Shown here: positions 29,801-38,441 of the stretch, piece after piece | Layout: each line of letters opens with the position of its first letter | How positions within the stretch are numbered: the stretch's first letter is position 1 | Source of the DNA: Dehalococcoidia bacterium | Lineage (GTDB): Bacteria; Chloroflexota; Dehalococcoidia; SHYB01 | Assembly: GCA_965261455.1 (NCBI GenBank) | Contig: OZ253453.1 | Coordinates: 1,366,374-1,430,373 of the forward strand | Reading direction: 5' to 3' | DNA length: 64,000 nucleotides | Notes under the pieces: model-generated | The model's database searches: none | What the model was told of the DNA's origin: nothing | The model's input: only the letters and a program-made list of their open reading frames with translations | Made by a program: the position numbers and the translations under genes

Positions 29801-30589
29801 CTAGGAGTCCTGGTACCACTGGATCGCGCCGCGGAGCCCCCGCTCGTCGATCATGCGGCGGACCTCGCGGACGCCGTCGGTCTGGTGGGAAATGGAGTCC
29901 CACTCCGCGCCGTACATGATGGCGGCGCGGAAACCGTTGAGGTCCATGACGCGGTTCACCGCCGTCTTCTTGATGCGTAGAAGATCGGCGGGCACCTTGG
30001 CGATGCGGGCGGCGTAGCTGTAGGTCTCCGCTTCCAGCGCGTCGGGGGCGAAGGCGCGGGTGGCGAAGCCGAAGGCCTCGGCGTCCTTGCCCGATATCTG
30101 GCTGTTGGGGAGGAACGACATGTACTTGGCGCGGTGGGGCCCGACGTGCCACATCCACGTCTGCCCGATCAGGCCGGCGCCGGCGGGAATCGAAGGGAAG
30201 CCGATCTTGGCGTCCTCGGCGGTGAAGATGACGTCGCAGCAGACGCAGAGCTGCGTCGCTCCCGCGAGGCAGTGGCCGTGAATCATGGCGATCACCGGCT
30301 TCGCTAGGTCGCGGACGCGCAGCCAACGCTCCAGGTTCGCCTGCAGCCGGAGGCGGTCGGCCTCGAGGGAATCGTCCGCGGGGCGGGTGAGGTCGTAACC
30401 CGACGAGAAGGAGCGTCCCGCGCCGCGAATCACCAGTACCTTGATGGAATCGTCGCGCCCCGCCTCGGCGAGGCGCTCATCGAAGGCCGCGAGGACCAGC
30501 GGACTCATCGCGTTGAGCTTCTCGGGCCGGTTCAGCGTGAGCGTGCCCACGCCGCCCTCCTGTTCGAGCAGCACGAGATCGTCAGACAT
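29801..30589 (-). CDS. enoyl-CoA hydratase/isomerase (crotonase) family protein
   Basis: GGVGTLTLNRPEKLNAM...VIRGAGRSFSSGYD. Confidence 0.8.
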   Translation of the reverse strand: MSDDLVLLEQEGGVGTLTLNRPEKLNAMSPLVLAAFDERLAEAGRDDSIKVLVIRGAGRSFSSGYDLTRPADDSLEADRLRLQANLERWLRVRDLAKPVIAMIHGHCLAGATQLCVCCDVIFTAEDAKIGFPSIPAGAGLIGQTWMWHVGPHRAKYMSFLPNSQISGKDAEAFGFATRAFAPDALEAETYSYAARIAKVPADLLRIKKTAVNRVMDLNGFRAAIMYGAEWDSISHQTDGVREVRRMIDERGLRGAIQWYQDS

Positions 30590-30660
30590 GTCGCCCCCCT
30601 ATTCGTCGCGGTCTGGAATGGGCCGAAGGTTAGAGACGCCGGAATGGCGCGTCAACCGGG

Positions 30661-30840
30661 GCCTGCTTCCCCTTCGGCGTCTCCCCCTGGAGACCTTTGC
30701 AAAACCGACTGGGGTTCTGGCGGGGGGAGCGGAGGTGGCATTCACTTAAACCTCTCCCCTGTGGGGGAGACTGAGAGAGGGCACGCGCCGTCAGGCGCGC
30801 AGCGCCCAAGGGGCGCTCCCCCCTCCGCGGCGCAGCTACG
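30661..30840. repeat. modular intergenic hairpin repeat (modules M1+M2), one of at least 9 copies in window
   Basis: Near-identical to 40885-41062, 47703-48070 and 49725-49880. Contains CTCTCCCC-tgt-GGGGGAGA hairpin and GC hairpins. Confidence 0.8.
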
Positions 30841-30844
30841 GCCC

Positions 30845-30850
30845 TATAAT
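30845..30850 (+). promoter_or_regulatory. TATAAT -10 hexamer 36 nt upstream of ATG 30887
   Basis: Perfect sigma-70-type -10 in an otherwise GC-rich context. Good RBS ggagga at 30875. Confidence 0.4.
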
Positions 30851-30886
30851 GCTGCCCACGCCCAAGGAGCGCACGGAGGACGACGC

Positions 30887-31678
30887 ATGCTCAGTCACGA
30901 AAGCCTAGTCGAGGCGCTGCGCTCGGAGTACGAGCGGCTGGCGCGGCATCTGCGCTCGCTCGACGCGGACGGACTCGCCGCGCCCAGCACCTGCGAGGGG
31001 TGGAGCTCCGCCGACGTGGCGGCCCACCTGGCCTGGAACGCCCGGCTCTACATCCGCTCTCTCGGCATGGGGCTCGCGGGTGAGCCGCCCCCGCCGGCTC
31101 CGGCCCCCGGCGGCACGCCCAAGATCACCGCCGACTTCGTCCGCGACCGCGCCGTCGAGCTTCGCGAGAAGCTGGGAGACGGCCTCCTGCAATCGTTCGA
31201 GGAGCACAACGTCGGCTTCATCGACATGCTCGACGCCCTCGACCCGGAGGTCCAAGACACCCTCACCGTCCCCTTTCTTAACGACACGATCCCGCTGCGG
31301 CGGCTCATCGGCCTGCGCATCAACGAGGTGGCGCTCCATTCCTGGGACGTGCGCAGCCCCGGCGACGACCAGGCGGCGCTGGTCGAAGACGCCGCGCTGG
31401 CGTCAATCGAGTTGTGGCGCGACACCATCGGACGCCGGCTGCGGGCCGGACCGGACGCCCGCGTACGCATCGAGCCCGCCGGCAGCGGCGCCTTCGACGT
31501 GACCGGCGGCGATTCGCCCTCCGCCGACCTTCCCTCAGGCGACACGGACGCCGCGCTGATGGGGACAGCGAGCGCCATCGCGCTCTTCCTCAGCGGGCGG
31601 GCGGACCTCGGCGCCGTCGAGGTCGGCGGCGACCGCGCCTCGGCGGAGTCCTTCGCTGCGCGCCTCGTCATCTCCTAA
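30887..31678 (+). CDS. DinB-superfamily / mycothiol-dependent maleylpyruvate isomerase N-terminal-domain family protein
   Basis: STCEGWSSADVAAHLAW motif. ATG 30887 preferred over track start 30644 because the upstream part is the repeat element. Confidence 0.6.
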   Translation: MLSHESLVEALRSEYERLARHLRSLDADGLAAPSTCEGWSSADVAAHLAWNARLYIRSLGMGLAGEPPPPAPAPGGTPKITADFVRDRAVELREKLGDGLLQSFEEHNVGFIDMLDALDPEVQDTLTVPFLNDTIPLRRLIGLRINEVALHSWDVRSPGDDQAALVEDAALASIELWRDTIGRRLRAGPDARVRIEPAGSGAFDVTGGDSPSADLPSGDTDAALMGTASAIALFLSGRADLGAVEVGGDRASAESFAARLVIS

Positions 31679-31698
31679 CCACGTCCGGCGCGGTGTTT

Positions 31699-31704
31699 TA
31701 TAAT
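31699..31704 (+). promoter_or_regulatory. TATAAT -10 hexamer 42 nt upstream of ATG 31747
   Basis: gtgttttataatgggcc. Isolated AT-rich hexamer directly upstream of the Prx gene. Confidence 0.4.
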
Positions 31705-31746
31705 GGGCCGCGCATTCGAGACCACGCAGGATAAAGGCCCATCCCC

Positions 31747-32202
31747 ATGCTGAACATCGGCGACTCCGCCCCCGACTTCACCGCCACCGACCACACCGGC
31801 GCCCAGATGCGCCTCTCCGACCTTCGCGGCAAGAAGGTCTGGCTCTGGTTCTATACCTCTCCCGGAGGCGGGAACTGAACCCGCCACAGTCACGGGTACC
31901 GTGACAACTGGACGGCTTGGCAGGAAAAGGGCGTCGAGGTCTTCGGGGTGAACGACCGGAGTGCCGAGGACGCCGCGGCGTGGGTCGAGCGCGAGCAGCT
32001 CCCCTTCCGCATCCTCGTCGACGCCGACCGCGCCATCGGAACGGCCTTCGGCGTCTCGCAGCCCACCGCCGAGAAGTACGTGGCGAACAACGCCGAGGGC
32101 AGGCGTCCCGGCGTGCTGATCGACGAGGAAGGGAAGATCGCGCTTGCGCTTCCCGACCTCCGCAACGTCGAGGGGCAAGTCGAGGCGCTGAGCGGAATCT
32201 AG
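31747..32202 (+). CDS. Bcp-type peroxiredoxin (AhpC/TSA family) with in-frame TGA at the peroxidatic Cys position (candidate selenoprotein)
   Basis: Aligns to E. coli Bcp across the TGA at 31876 (FYTSPGGGN-U-TRHSHGYRDNW...VNDRS vs [21 protein letters not shown]...ISTDK). The 31948-32202 track ORF continues in the same frame. SECIS-like stem-loop 31884-31911 begins 11 nt after the UGA. Confidence 0.6.
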
Positions 32203-33194
32203 CTCGGGGCCAGCGCCTCGATCGTCCGCGCCATCTGCGCCGGGCTCGCCTGGGCCGGCAGCCGGATGAGCGTGACGTCCCAGCCGGAGGCCGCGCGCCG
32301 CTCGATCCCTTCAAGGATCTCCTCGCGGGAGCCGTAGAGGCAGAAGGCGTCCACCATCGCGTCGGTGACCGCCGCGACAGCCTCGTCGCGGCGCCGGGCG
32401 CGCCAGAGCTCGATCATGCGGCCAACCTCCTCGGCGAAGCCGGCCCGTGCGGCGCGGCGCCCGAAATAGGCCCCCCGCCCGCTCATCGAACGCGCCATCG
32501 TCGCGCGCATCATGTTCCGCGCCTCCGGCTTGTCGTCCGCGACCAGCGCGAGAACGTCAGGGGCCACCACGATGTCCTCGGCAACGCGGCCCGCCGACTC
32601 CGCGCCGGCGCGGAGGGCCTCGAAGTCGCTGCCCATCGCATCCGGCGCGTTCAACACCGGTATCCAGCCGTCCGCGATCTCGCCGGTCAGCCGCACCGCC
32701 TTGGGGCCCAGCGCGCCGACGTAGATCGGGATACGGTCGCGGAGCGGCGTCACCTCGATGACGTGGCCGCCGAGGCGCAGCACCTCGCCTTCGTGCTGTA
32801 CCCGCCAGCCTCCGACGATCTGCCGGATGATCTCGACGTACTCGCGAAGGCGCTGGTAGGGCCGGTGAAAGGGCAGGCCGTGCCAGTCTTCGACGACGAT
32901 CCGGCCGCTCACGCCGAGGCCGAGAAGCAGCCGTCCCTCCGACATGCGGTCGAGCGTCACGGCTGCGGTGGCGATCGCCGCCGGCGTGCGGCTGAAGACG
33001 TTGACCACCGCCGAGCCCAACAGGATTCGCTCGGTGTGGAAGGCCAACTCGGCCAGGGAAAGGAAGATATCGGGAGCGAAGCGCTCGCCCGCCCACAGCG
33101 AGTGATAGCCCAAGCGGTCGGCCCGGGCGAAGAGCTCGATAGCGTCGGCGCGGGCGAGTGAGCCGGGTCCGGTGAACTTGAGTCCGATCTGCAT
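32199..33194 (-). CDS. LLM-class (luciferase-like) F420-dependent oxidoreductase
   Basis: LGYHSLWAGERF...SRTPAAIATAAVTLDRMSEGRLLLGLGVSG, closely parallel to the 54166 paralogue. Start taken at MQIGLKF (33194). Confidence 0.8.
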   Translation of the reverse strand: MQIGLKFTGPGSLARADAIELFARADRLGYHSLWAGERFAPDIFLSLAELAFHTERILLGSAVVNVFSRTPAAIATAAVTLDRMSEGRLLLGLGVSGRIVVEDWHGLPFHRPYQRLREYVEIIRQIVGGWRVQHEGEVLRLGGHVIEVTPLRDRIPIYVGALGPKAVRLTGEIADGWIPVLNAPDAMGSDFEALRAGAESAGRVAEDIVVAPDVLALVADDKPEARNMMRATMARSMSGRGAYFGRRAARAGFAEEVGRMIELWRARRRDEAVAAVTDAMVDAFCLYGSREEILEGIERRAASGWDVTLIRLPAQASPAQMARTIEALAPS

Positions 33195-33234
33195 CTGGAT
33201 GGGTAGCGGGCCCGGGCGACGGCGCGTCTGGAAG

Positions 33235-33440
33235 AGTATACAGACCCGCGACACTCGGTCGGCGCCACCGAGGGGAGGCCTTTGCGCAACCCGCCTGTGC
33301 GCAAGCATGGGTGGGGCCGGGAGGTCTTGCCTCTTCTCCCGTGGGGAGAAGATTGAGATGAGGGGCACCCTCGCAACCGCCACGGGTTATCGAAGCCCGC
33401 CACCTTCACGGTCAGTCAGCCCGGTTACGCAAAAGCCTTG
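33235..33440. repeat. modular intergenic repeat (module M3, hairpin CTTCTCCC-gt-GGGGAGAAG)
   Basis: Copies at 47575-47640, 49440-49600, 49900-50010. Confidence 0.75.
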
Positions 33441-33442
33441 AG

Positions 33443-33451
33443 TGGTAGAAT
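33443..33451 (+). promoter_or_regulatory. extended -10 promoter TGGTAGAAT, 43 nt before ATG 33495
   Basis: TGn plus TAGAAT. The same element recurs at identical spacing before each tandem paralogue. Confidence 0.5.
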
Positions 33452-33494
33452 CCGGCGCAGGGCTTGGCTGGCGGCCCGATACGGGAGGGAAACT

Positions 33495-34979
33495 ATGGCG
33501 GCGGTTTCGAGCAAGTCGGCGGCGATTCGCGCAAAGCTCGATCATCCGATCATCGACTCCGACGGCCACCTCATCGAGGTGACCCCCGTGCTCTACGACT
33601 ACATCCGCGACGAGGGCGGCGAGCAGGCGCTCGCAAGATACAAGGCGGCCATAGAGCCACACTGGACGCACCTCTCGTCCGAAGAACGGCGCGACGGCCG
33701 TGTCACCGCCAATACCTGGTGGCTTGCGCCCACCAAGAACGGCCTCGACCGTGCTACGGCCATGATCCCGCGCCTCCTTTCCGAGCGCCTCGACGATCTC
33801 GGCCTCGACTTCTCCGTCCTGTACCCCTCAGCGGGCTTGCTCTACCCAAGGTGGGCCGAAGAGGACGTCCGGCGCGTCAGCTGCCGGGCTTACAACAGGT
33901 ACGTCGCCGACGCCTACGGCCCCTATTCGTCGCGACTGGCCCCGGCGGCACTCGTCCCGATGCACACCCCGGAAGAGGCCATCGAGGAGATGGAGTTCGC
34001 CGTGCGGGAGCTCGGGCTGAAGGCCGCCATGATCGCGGGCCACGTCCGCCGGCCGGTCGGCAAGGTCCAGTCGCGGCATCCCGGCGCCGTGGCGGGGTAC
34101 GGCTGGTGGTTCGACGCGTTCGGCGAGGATAGCGAGTACGACTACGACCCCGTCTGGGCCAAGGCCATCGAGCTTGGCCTCCCCCTGGCGACGCACCACG
34201 GCGGCTTCGGCTTCACCAACAACTCGAACACCAACAACTTCATGCAAAACCATCTCGGCCACTTCGCCAACGCGGCCAATCTGCTCTGCAAGTCGTTGTT
34301 CTTCAGCGGCGTCACTCACCGCTTCCCCAAGCTCCGCATGGGCTTCCTGGAATGCGGCGCGGGATGGGCCGCCGACCTCTACGGCGGCATCGTCGCCCGC
34401 TGGGAGAAGCGCAACCCCGAGGCGCTGCAACACGTCGACCCGAGACTGCTCGACGAGGACCGCGTCATGGATCTCTTCGCCGCCTACGGCGACGAGAAGG
34501 CGGTGGGCAAGCTCGAAGAGATCAAGGAGTCGCTGCGCGCGCCCAGCGTGTTCGCCGCGCAAAACGCCCCGGAGGAGCTCAACGAATTCGCCCGCGCGGG
34601 CATCACCAAGCCCGAAGACATCCGCGACCGCTTCATCCCCAACTTCTTCTTCGGCTGTGAGGCCGACGACCCCATGAACGCCTCCGCGTTCAACACCAAG
34701 ATCACCCCCTTCGGCGCGAAGATCGGGGCCATGCTCAGCTCCGACATCGGCCACTGGGACGTCCTCGACATGCGCGACGTCGTCGAGGAAGCCTACGAAA
34801 TGGTCGAGCACGGCCTCATGACCGGCGACGACTTCCGCGACTTCACCTTCAACAACCCCCTCCGCTTCTTCACCGACCTCAACCCCACCTTCTTCGACGG
34901 CACCGCCATCGAGGACGCGGCGAAGGCGGCCCTCGCCCCTCCCTCCTCCAACCTCTCCCCCGCGGGGGGAGCACCTTAA
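33495..34979 (+). CDS. Amidohydro_2-superfamily protein, tandem paralogue 1 of 4 (about 495 aa)
   Basis: IIDSDGHLIEVTPV metal-ligand N-terminus, gggaggga RBS. C-terminal tail ...PPSSNLSPAGGAP and stop lie inside the downstream hairpin repeat. Confidence 0.8.
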   Translation: MAAVSSKSAAIRAKLDHPIIDSDGHLIEVTPVLYDYIRDEGGEQALARYKAAIEPHWTHLSSEERRDGRVTANTWWLAPTKNGLDRATAMIPRLLSERLDDLGLDFSVLYPSAGLLYPRWAEEDVRRVSCRAYNRYVADAYGPYSSRLAPAALVPMHTPEEAIEEMEFAVRELGLKAAMIAGHVRRPVGKVQSRHPGAVAGYGWWFDAFGEDSEYDYDPVWAKAIELGLPLATHHGGFGFTNNSNTNNFMQNHLGHFANAANLLCKSLFFSGVTHRFPKLRMGFLECGAGWAADLYGGIVARWEKRNPEALQHVDPRLLDEDRVMDLFAAYGDEKAVGKLEEIKESLRAPSVFAAQNAPEELNEFARAGITKPEDIRDRFIPNFFFGCEADDPMNASAFNTKITPFGAKIGAMLSSDIGHWDVLDMRDVVEEAYEMVEHGLMTGDDFRDFTFNNPLRFFTDLNPTFFDGTAIEDAAKAALAPPSSNLSPAGGAP

Positions 34980-35112
34980 GCCCCCCGCAAGGGGAGCACC
35001 TTAAGTCCCCCGCAGGGGGAGCACCTTAAGCCTCTCCCCCTCTGGGGGAGACTGAGAGAGGGCGCGCGCCGCAGGCGCGCGGGTGCCCGGAGGGCGCCCC
35101 TCCCCTCCGCCG
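34952..35112. repeat. tandem 24-bp hairpin units (CCCCCGCAGGGGGAGCACCTTAAG x3) plus 3-hairpin module M2
   Basis: Directly seen. Conserved after paralogues 1-3 (3, 2 and 1 unit respectively). Confidence 0.85.
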
Positions 35113-35114
35113 GG

Positions 35115-35123
35115 TGATAGAAT
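35115..35123 (+). promoter_or_regulatory. extended -10 promoter TGATAGAAT, 44 nt before ATG 35168
   Basis: Same position relative to ATG as the other three copies. Confidence 0.5.
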
Positions 35124-35167
35124 CCGCCGCAGTAGGGGGCCAACGGCCCCGATCGGAGGCGGAAGCC

Positions 35168-36655
35168 ATGGCGGCAACATCGAGCAAGTCGGCGGCGATT
35201 CGCGCAAAGCTAGACCACCCGATCATCGACTCCGACGGCCACCTCATCGAGGTAACGCCCGTCCTGCACGACTACATCCGCGCCGAGGGCGGCGAGAGCG
35301 TCCTCCAACGGGTCAAGAAGAACGCGGATTTCGCGCACTGGACGCAGCTCTCCGCCGACGAGCGGAGCGACGCGCGAACGACCGCCATCACCTGGTGGCT
35401 CGCTCCCACCAAGAACGGCCTCGACCGGGCCACCGCCATGATCCCCCGCCTCCTCGCCGAGCGTCTTGACGACCTGGGGCTGGACTTCTGCGCGCTCTAC
35501 CCCTCGGGGGGCTTGGGCTATCCCCGGCTGCCCGACGAAGAGCTTCGCCGGGTCTGCTGCCGCGCCTACAACAAGTACGTCGCCGACACCTACGGCCCCT
35601 ATTCGTCGCGCATGACGCCCGCGGCGCTGATCCCGCTGCACAACCCCGAAGAGGGCATCGAGGAGATGGAGTTCGCCGTGCGGGAGCTCGGCCTCAAGGT
35701 CGCTATGATCGCGGGCCACGTCCGGCGCCCTATCGGCAAGGTCCGACGCGAGCACCCCGGCGCCGTGGCGGAGTACGGCTCGTGGTACGACGTCTTCGGC
35801 GAGGACAGCGAGCACGACTACGACCCCTTCTGGGCCAAGTCCATCGAGCTTGGCATGCCCCTGGCCACGCACACCGGCGGCTTCGGCTTCACCAACAATT
35901 CCAACATCAACAACTTCATGCAGAACCACCTCGGCCACTTCGCCAACGCCGGCAACCTGCTCTGCAAGTCGCTCTTCTTCAGCGGCGTCACCCGCCGCCT
36001 CCCCAAGCTCCGCATGGCCTTCCTGGAGTGCGGCGCGGGATGGGCCGCCGACCTCTACGCCGGCATCATCGCCCGCTGGGAGAAACGAAACCCCGAGGCG
36101 CTGCAAAACGTCGACCCCCGGCACCTCGACGAGGACCGCATCATGGATCTCTTCGCCGCCTACGGCGACGAGAAGGCGGTGGGCAAGCTCGAAGAAATCA
36201 AGGAGTCGCTGCGCTCGCCGAGCATGTTCGCCACCCACAACGCGCCGGAGGAACTCAACGACTTCGCCCGCGCCGGTATCACCAAGCCCGAAGATGTCCG
36301 CGACCGCTTCATCCCCAACTTCTTCTTCGGTTGCGAGGCCGACGACCCCATGAACGCCGCCGCGTTCAACACCAAGATCACCCCCTTCGGCGCGAAGGTC
36401 GGCGCAATGCTCAGTTCCGACATCGGCCACTGGGACGTCCTCGACATGCGCGACGTCGTCGACGAGGCCTACGAACTGGTCGAGGACGGCCTCATGACCG
36501 GCGACGACTTCCGCGACTTCACCTTCAACAACCCCCTCCGCTTCTTCACCGACCTCAACCCCGCCTTCTTCGACGGCACCGCCATCGAGGACGCGGCCAA
36601 GGCGGCCCTCGCCCCTCCCTCCTCCAACCTCTCCCCCGCGGGGGGAGCACCTTAA
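35168..36655 (+). CDS. Amidohydro_2-superfamily protein, tandem paralogue 2 of 4
   Basis: About 85% identical to paralogue 1 by eye. ggaggcggaag RBS. Confidence 0.8.
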   Translation: MAATSSKSAAIRAKLDHPIIDSDGHLIEVTPVLHDYIRAEGGESVLQRVKKNADFAHWTQLSADERSDARTTAITWWLAPTKNGLDRATAMIPRLLAERLDDLGLDFCALYPSGGLGYPRLPDEELRRVCCRAYNKYVADTYGPYSSRMTPAALIPLHNPEEGIEEMEFAVRELGLKVAMIAGHVRRPIGKVRREHPGAVAEYGSWYDVFGEDSEHDYDPFWAKSIELGMPLATHTGGFGFTNNSNINNFMQNHLGHFANAGNLLCKSLFFSGVTRRLPKLRMAFLECGAGWAADLYAGIIARWEKRNPEALQNVDPRHLDEDRIMDLFAAYGDEKAVGKLEEIKESLRSPSMFATHNAPEELNDFARAGITKPEDVRDRFIPNFFFGCEADDPMNAAAFNTKITPFGAKVGAMLSSDIGHWDVLDMRDVVDEAYELVEDGLMTGDDFRDFTFNNPLRFFTDLNPAFFDGTAIEDAAKAALAPPSSNLSPAGGAP

Positions 36656-36764
36656 GTCCCCCGCAGGGGGAGCACCTTAAGCCTCTCCCCCTCTGGGGGA
36701 GACTGAGAGAGGGCGCGCGCCGCAGGCACGCGGGTGCCCGGAGGGCGCCCCTCCCCTCCGCCGG
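36628..36764. repeat. 24-bp hairpin units x2 plus module M2
   Basis: Near-identical to 34952-35112. Confidence 0.85.
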
Positions 36765-36765
36765 G

Positions 36766-36774
36766 TGGTAGAAT
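36766..36774 (+). promoter_or_regulatory. extended -10 promoter TGGTAGAAT, 44 nt before ATG 36819
   Basis: Conserved spacing. Confidence 0.5.
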
Positions 36775-36818
36775 CCGGCGCAGTACGGGGCCAACGGCCC
36801 CGATCGGAGGCGGAAGCC

Positions 36819-38303
36819 ATGGCGGCAACATCGAGCAAGTCGGCGGAGATTCGCGCGAAGCTGACGCACCCGATCATCGACTCGGACGGCCACCTCATCG
36901 AGGTGACGCCGGTGCTCTACGACTACATCCGCGCCGAGGGCGGCGAGCAGGTGCTGGAGCGGTTCAAGGCCCAGGGAGGGCCGCACTGGACGCAGGTATC
37001 GCTCGACCAGCGCCGCGACGCGCGGATGACCGCGAGCACCTGGTGGCTCGTCCCCACCAAGAACGGCCTCGACCGCGCCACGGCGATGATCCCCCGCCTT
37101 CTCGCCGAGCGCCTCGACGAGCTCGGTCTGGACTTCTGCGTGCTCTATCCCTCGACGGCGCTGCCCTTCCCGAGCCTCGCCGACGAGGAGCTCCGCCGCG
37201 TCTGCTGTCGGGCGTACAACAAGTACGCCGCCGAAATGTACGCCCCCTACGCGCGGCAGATGACTCCCGCGGCGCTGATCCCGATGCACACGCCCGAGGA
37301 GGGGATCGAGGAGCTGGAGTTCGCCTCGCGGGAGCTTGGCCTGAAGGTGGCCGCGATGGCGGGCTACGTCCGCCGGCCCATCAAGAAGTTGCAGCGCGAG
37401 TTCCCAGGGGCGTCGGGACAGTTCAGCGTCTGGCACGACGTCTACGGCGAGGACAGCGAGTACGACTACGACCCCTTCTGGGCCAAGGCCATCGAGCTTG
37501 GCATGCCGTTGTCGACGCATTCGGCGGGCTTCGGCTTCACCAACAACTCCAACATCAACAACTTCATGCAGAACCACCTCGGCCACTTCGCCAACGCCGC
37601 CAACGTGCTCTGCAAGTCGATGTTCTTTAGCGGCGTGACCCGCCGCTTCCCCGCGCTCCGCATGGCCTTCCTCGAGTGCGGTGCGGGCTGGGCCGCCGAC
37701 CTCTACGCCGGCATCATCGCCCGCTGGGAGAAGCGCAACCCCGAGACCCTGCAGGGCGTCGACCCGAGCCTCATGGACGAGGACCGGATCATGGAGCTCT
37801 TCGCGGCCTACGGCGACGCGCGCGCGGTGAGCAAGCTCGAAGAAATCAAGGAGTCGTTAGTCGGGACCGGAGTCCTCGCCGGGCGGAACGCGCCGGAAGA
37901 CCTCAACGACTTCTCCCGGTCCGGCGTAACCAAGCCGGAAGACATCCGCGACCAGTTCGTCCCCAACTTCTTCTTCGGCTGCGAGGCCGACGACCCCATG
38001 AACGCCATCGCGTTCGACTCCAAGATCGCTCCCCTCCGCGCGCGCGTCGGAGCCATGCTCAGCTCCGACATCGGCCACTGGGACGTCATCGACATGCGCG
38101 ACGTAGTCGAGGAAGCCTACGAGCTGGTGGAGGACGGCGTGATGACCGCCGACGACTTCCGCGACTTCACCTTCGCCAACCCCCTCCGCTTCTTCACCGA
38201 CCTCAACCCCGCCTTCTTCGACGGCACCGTCATCGAAGCCGAGGCCAAGGCGGCCCTCGCCCCTCCCTCCTCCAACCTCTCCCCCGCAGGGGGAGCACCT
38301 TAA
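36819..38303 (+). CDS. Amidohydro_2-superfamily protein, tandem paralogue 3 of 4
   Basis: MAATSSKSAEIRAKLTHPIIDSDGHLIEVTPV.... Confidence 0.8.
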   Translation: MAATSSKSAEIRAKLTHPIIDSDGHLIEVTPVLYDYIRAEGGEQVLERFKAQGGPHWTQVSLDQRRDARMTASTWWLVPTKNGLDRATAMIPRLLAERLDELGLDFCVLYPSTALPFPSLADEELRRVCCRAYNKYAAEMYAPYARQMTPAALIPMHTPEEGIEELEFASRELGLKVAAMAGYVRRPIKKLQREFPGASGQFSVWHDVYGEDSEYDYDPFWAKAIELGMPLSTHSAGFGFTNNSNINNFMQNHLGHFANAANVLCKSMFFSGVTRRFPALRMAFLECGAGWAADLYAGIIARWEKRNPETLQGVDPSLMDEDRIMELFAAYGDARAVSKLEEIKESLVGTGVLAGRNAPEDLNDFSRSGVTKPEDIRDQFVPNFFFGCEADDPMNAIAFDSKIAPLRARVGAMLSSDIGHWDVIDMRDVVEEAYELVEDGVMTADDFRDFTFANPLRFFTDLNPAFFDGTVIEAEAKAALAPPSSNLSPAGGAP

Positions 38304-38387
38304 GCCTCTCCCCCTCTGGGGGAGACTGAGAGAGGGCGCGCGCCGCAGGCGCGCGGGTGCCCGGAGGGCGCCCCTCCCCTCCGCCGG
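38266..38387. repeat. 24-bp hairpin unit x1 plus module M2
   Basis: Near-identical to the preceding two intergenic modules. Confidence 0.85.
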
Positions 38388-38388
38388 G

Positions 38389-38397
38389 TGGTAGAAT
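38389..38397 (+). promoter_or_regulatory. extended -10 promoter TGGTAGAAT, 44 nt before ATG 38442
   Basis: Conserved spacing. Confidence 0.5.
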
Positions 38398-38441
38398 CCG
38401 GCGCAGTACGGGGCCAACGGCCCCGATCGGAGGCGGAAGCC

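Noticed and set aside
30644-30886. Upstream extension of the DinB-like gene
   Set aside because: The extension is made of the intergenic repeat module. ATG 30887 has a good RBS and a TATAAT at -36.
31876-31878. Treating TGA 31876 as an ordinary stop (two separate small ORFs)
   Set aside because: Bcp homology continues uninterrupted across the codon. The TGA sits exactly at the catalytic Cys column. A hairpin is positioned 11 nt downstream. A pseudogene remains the alternative if the genome lacks Sec machinery.
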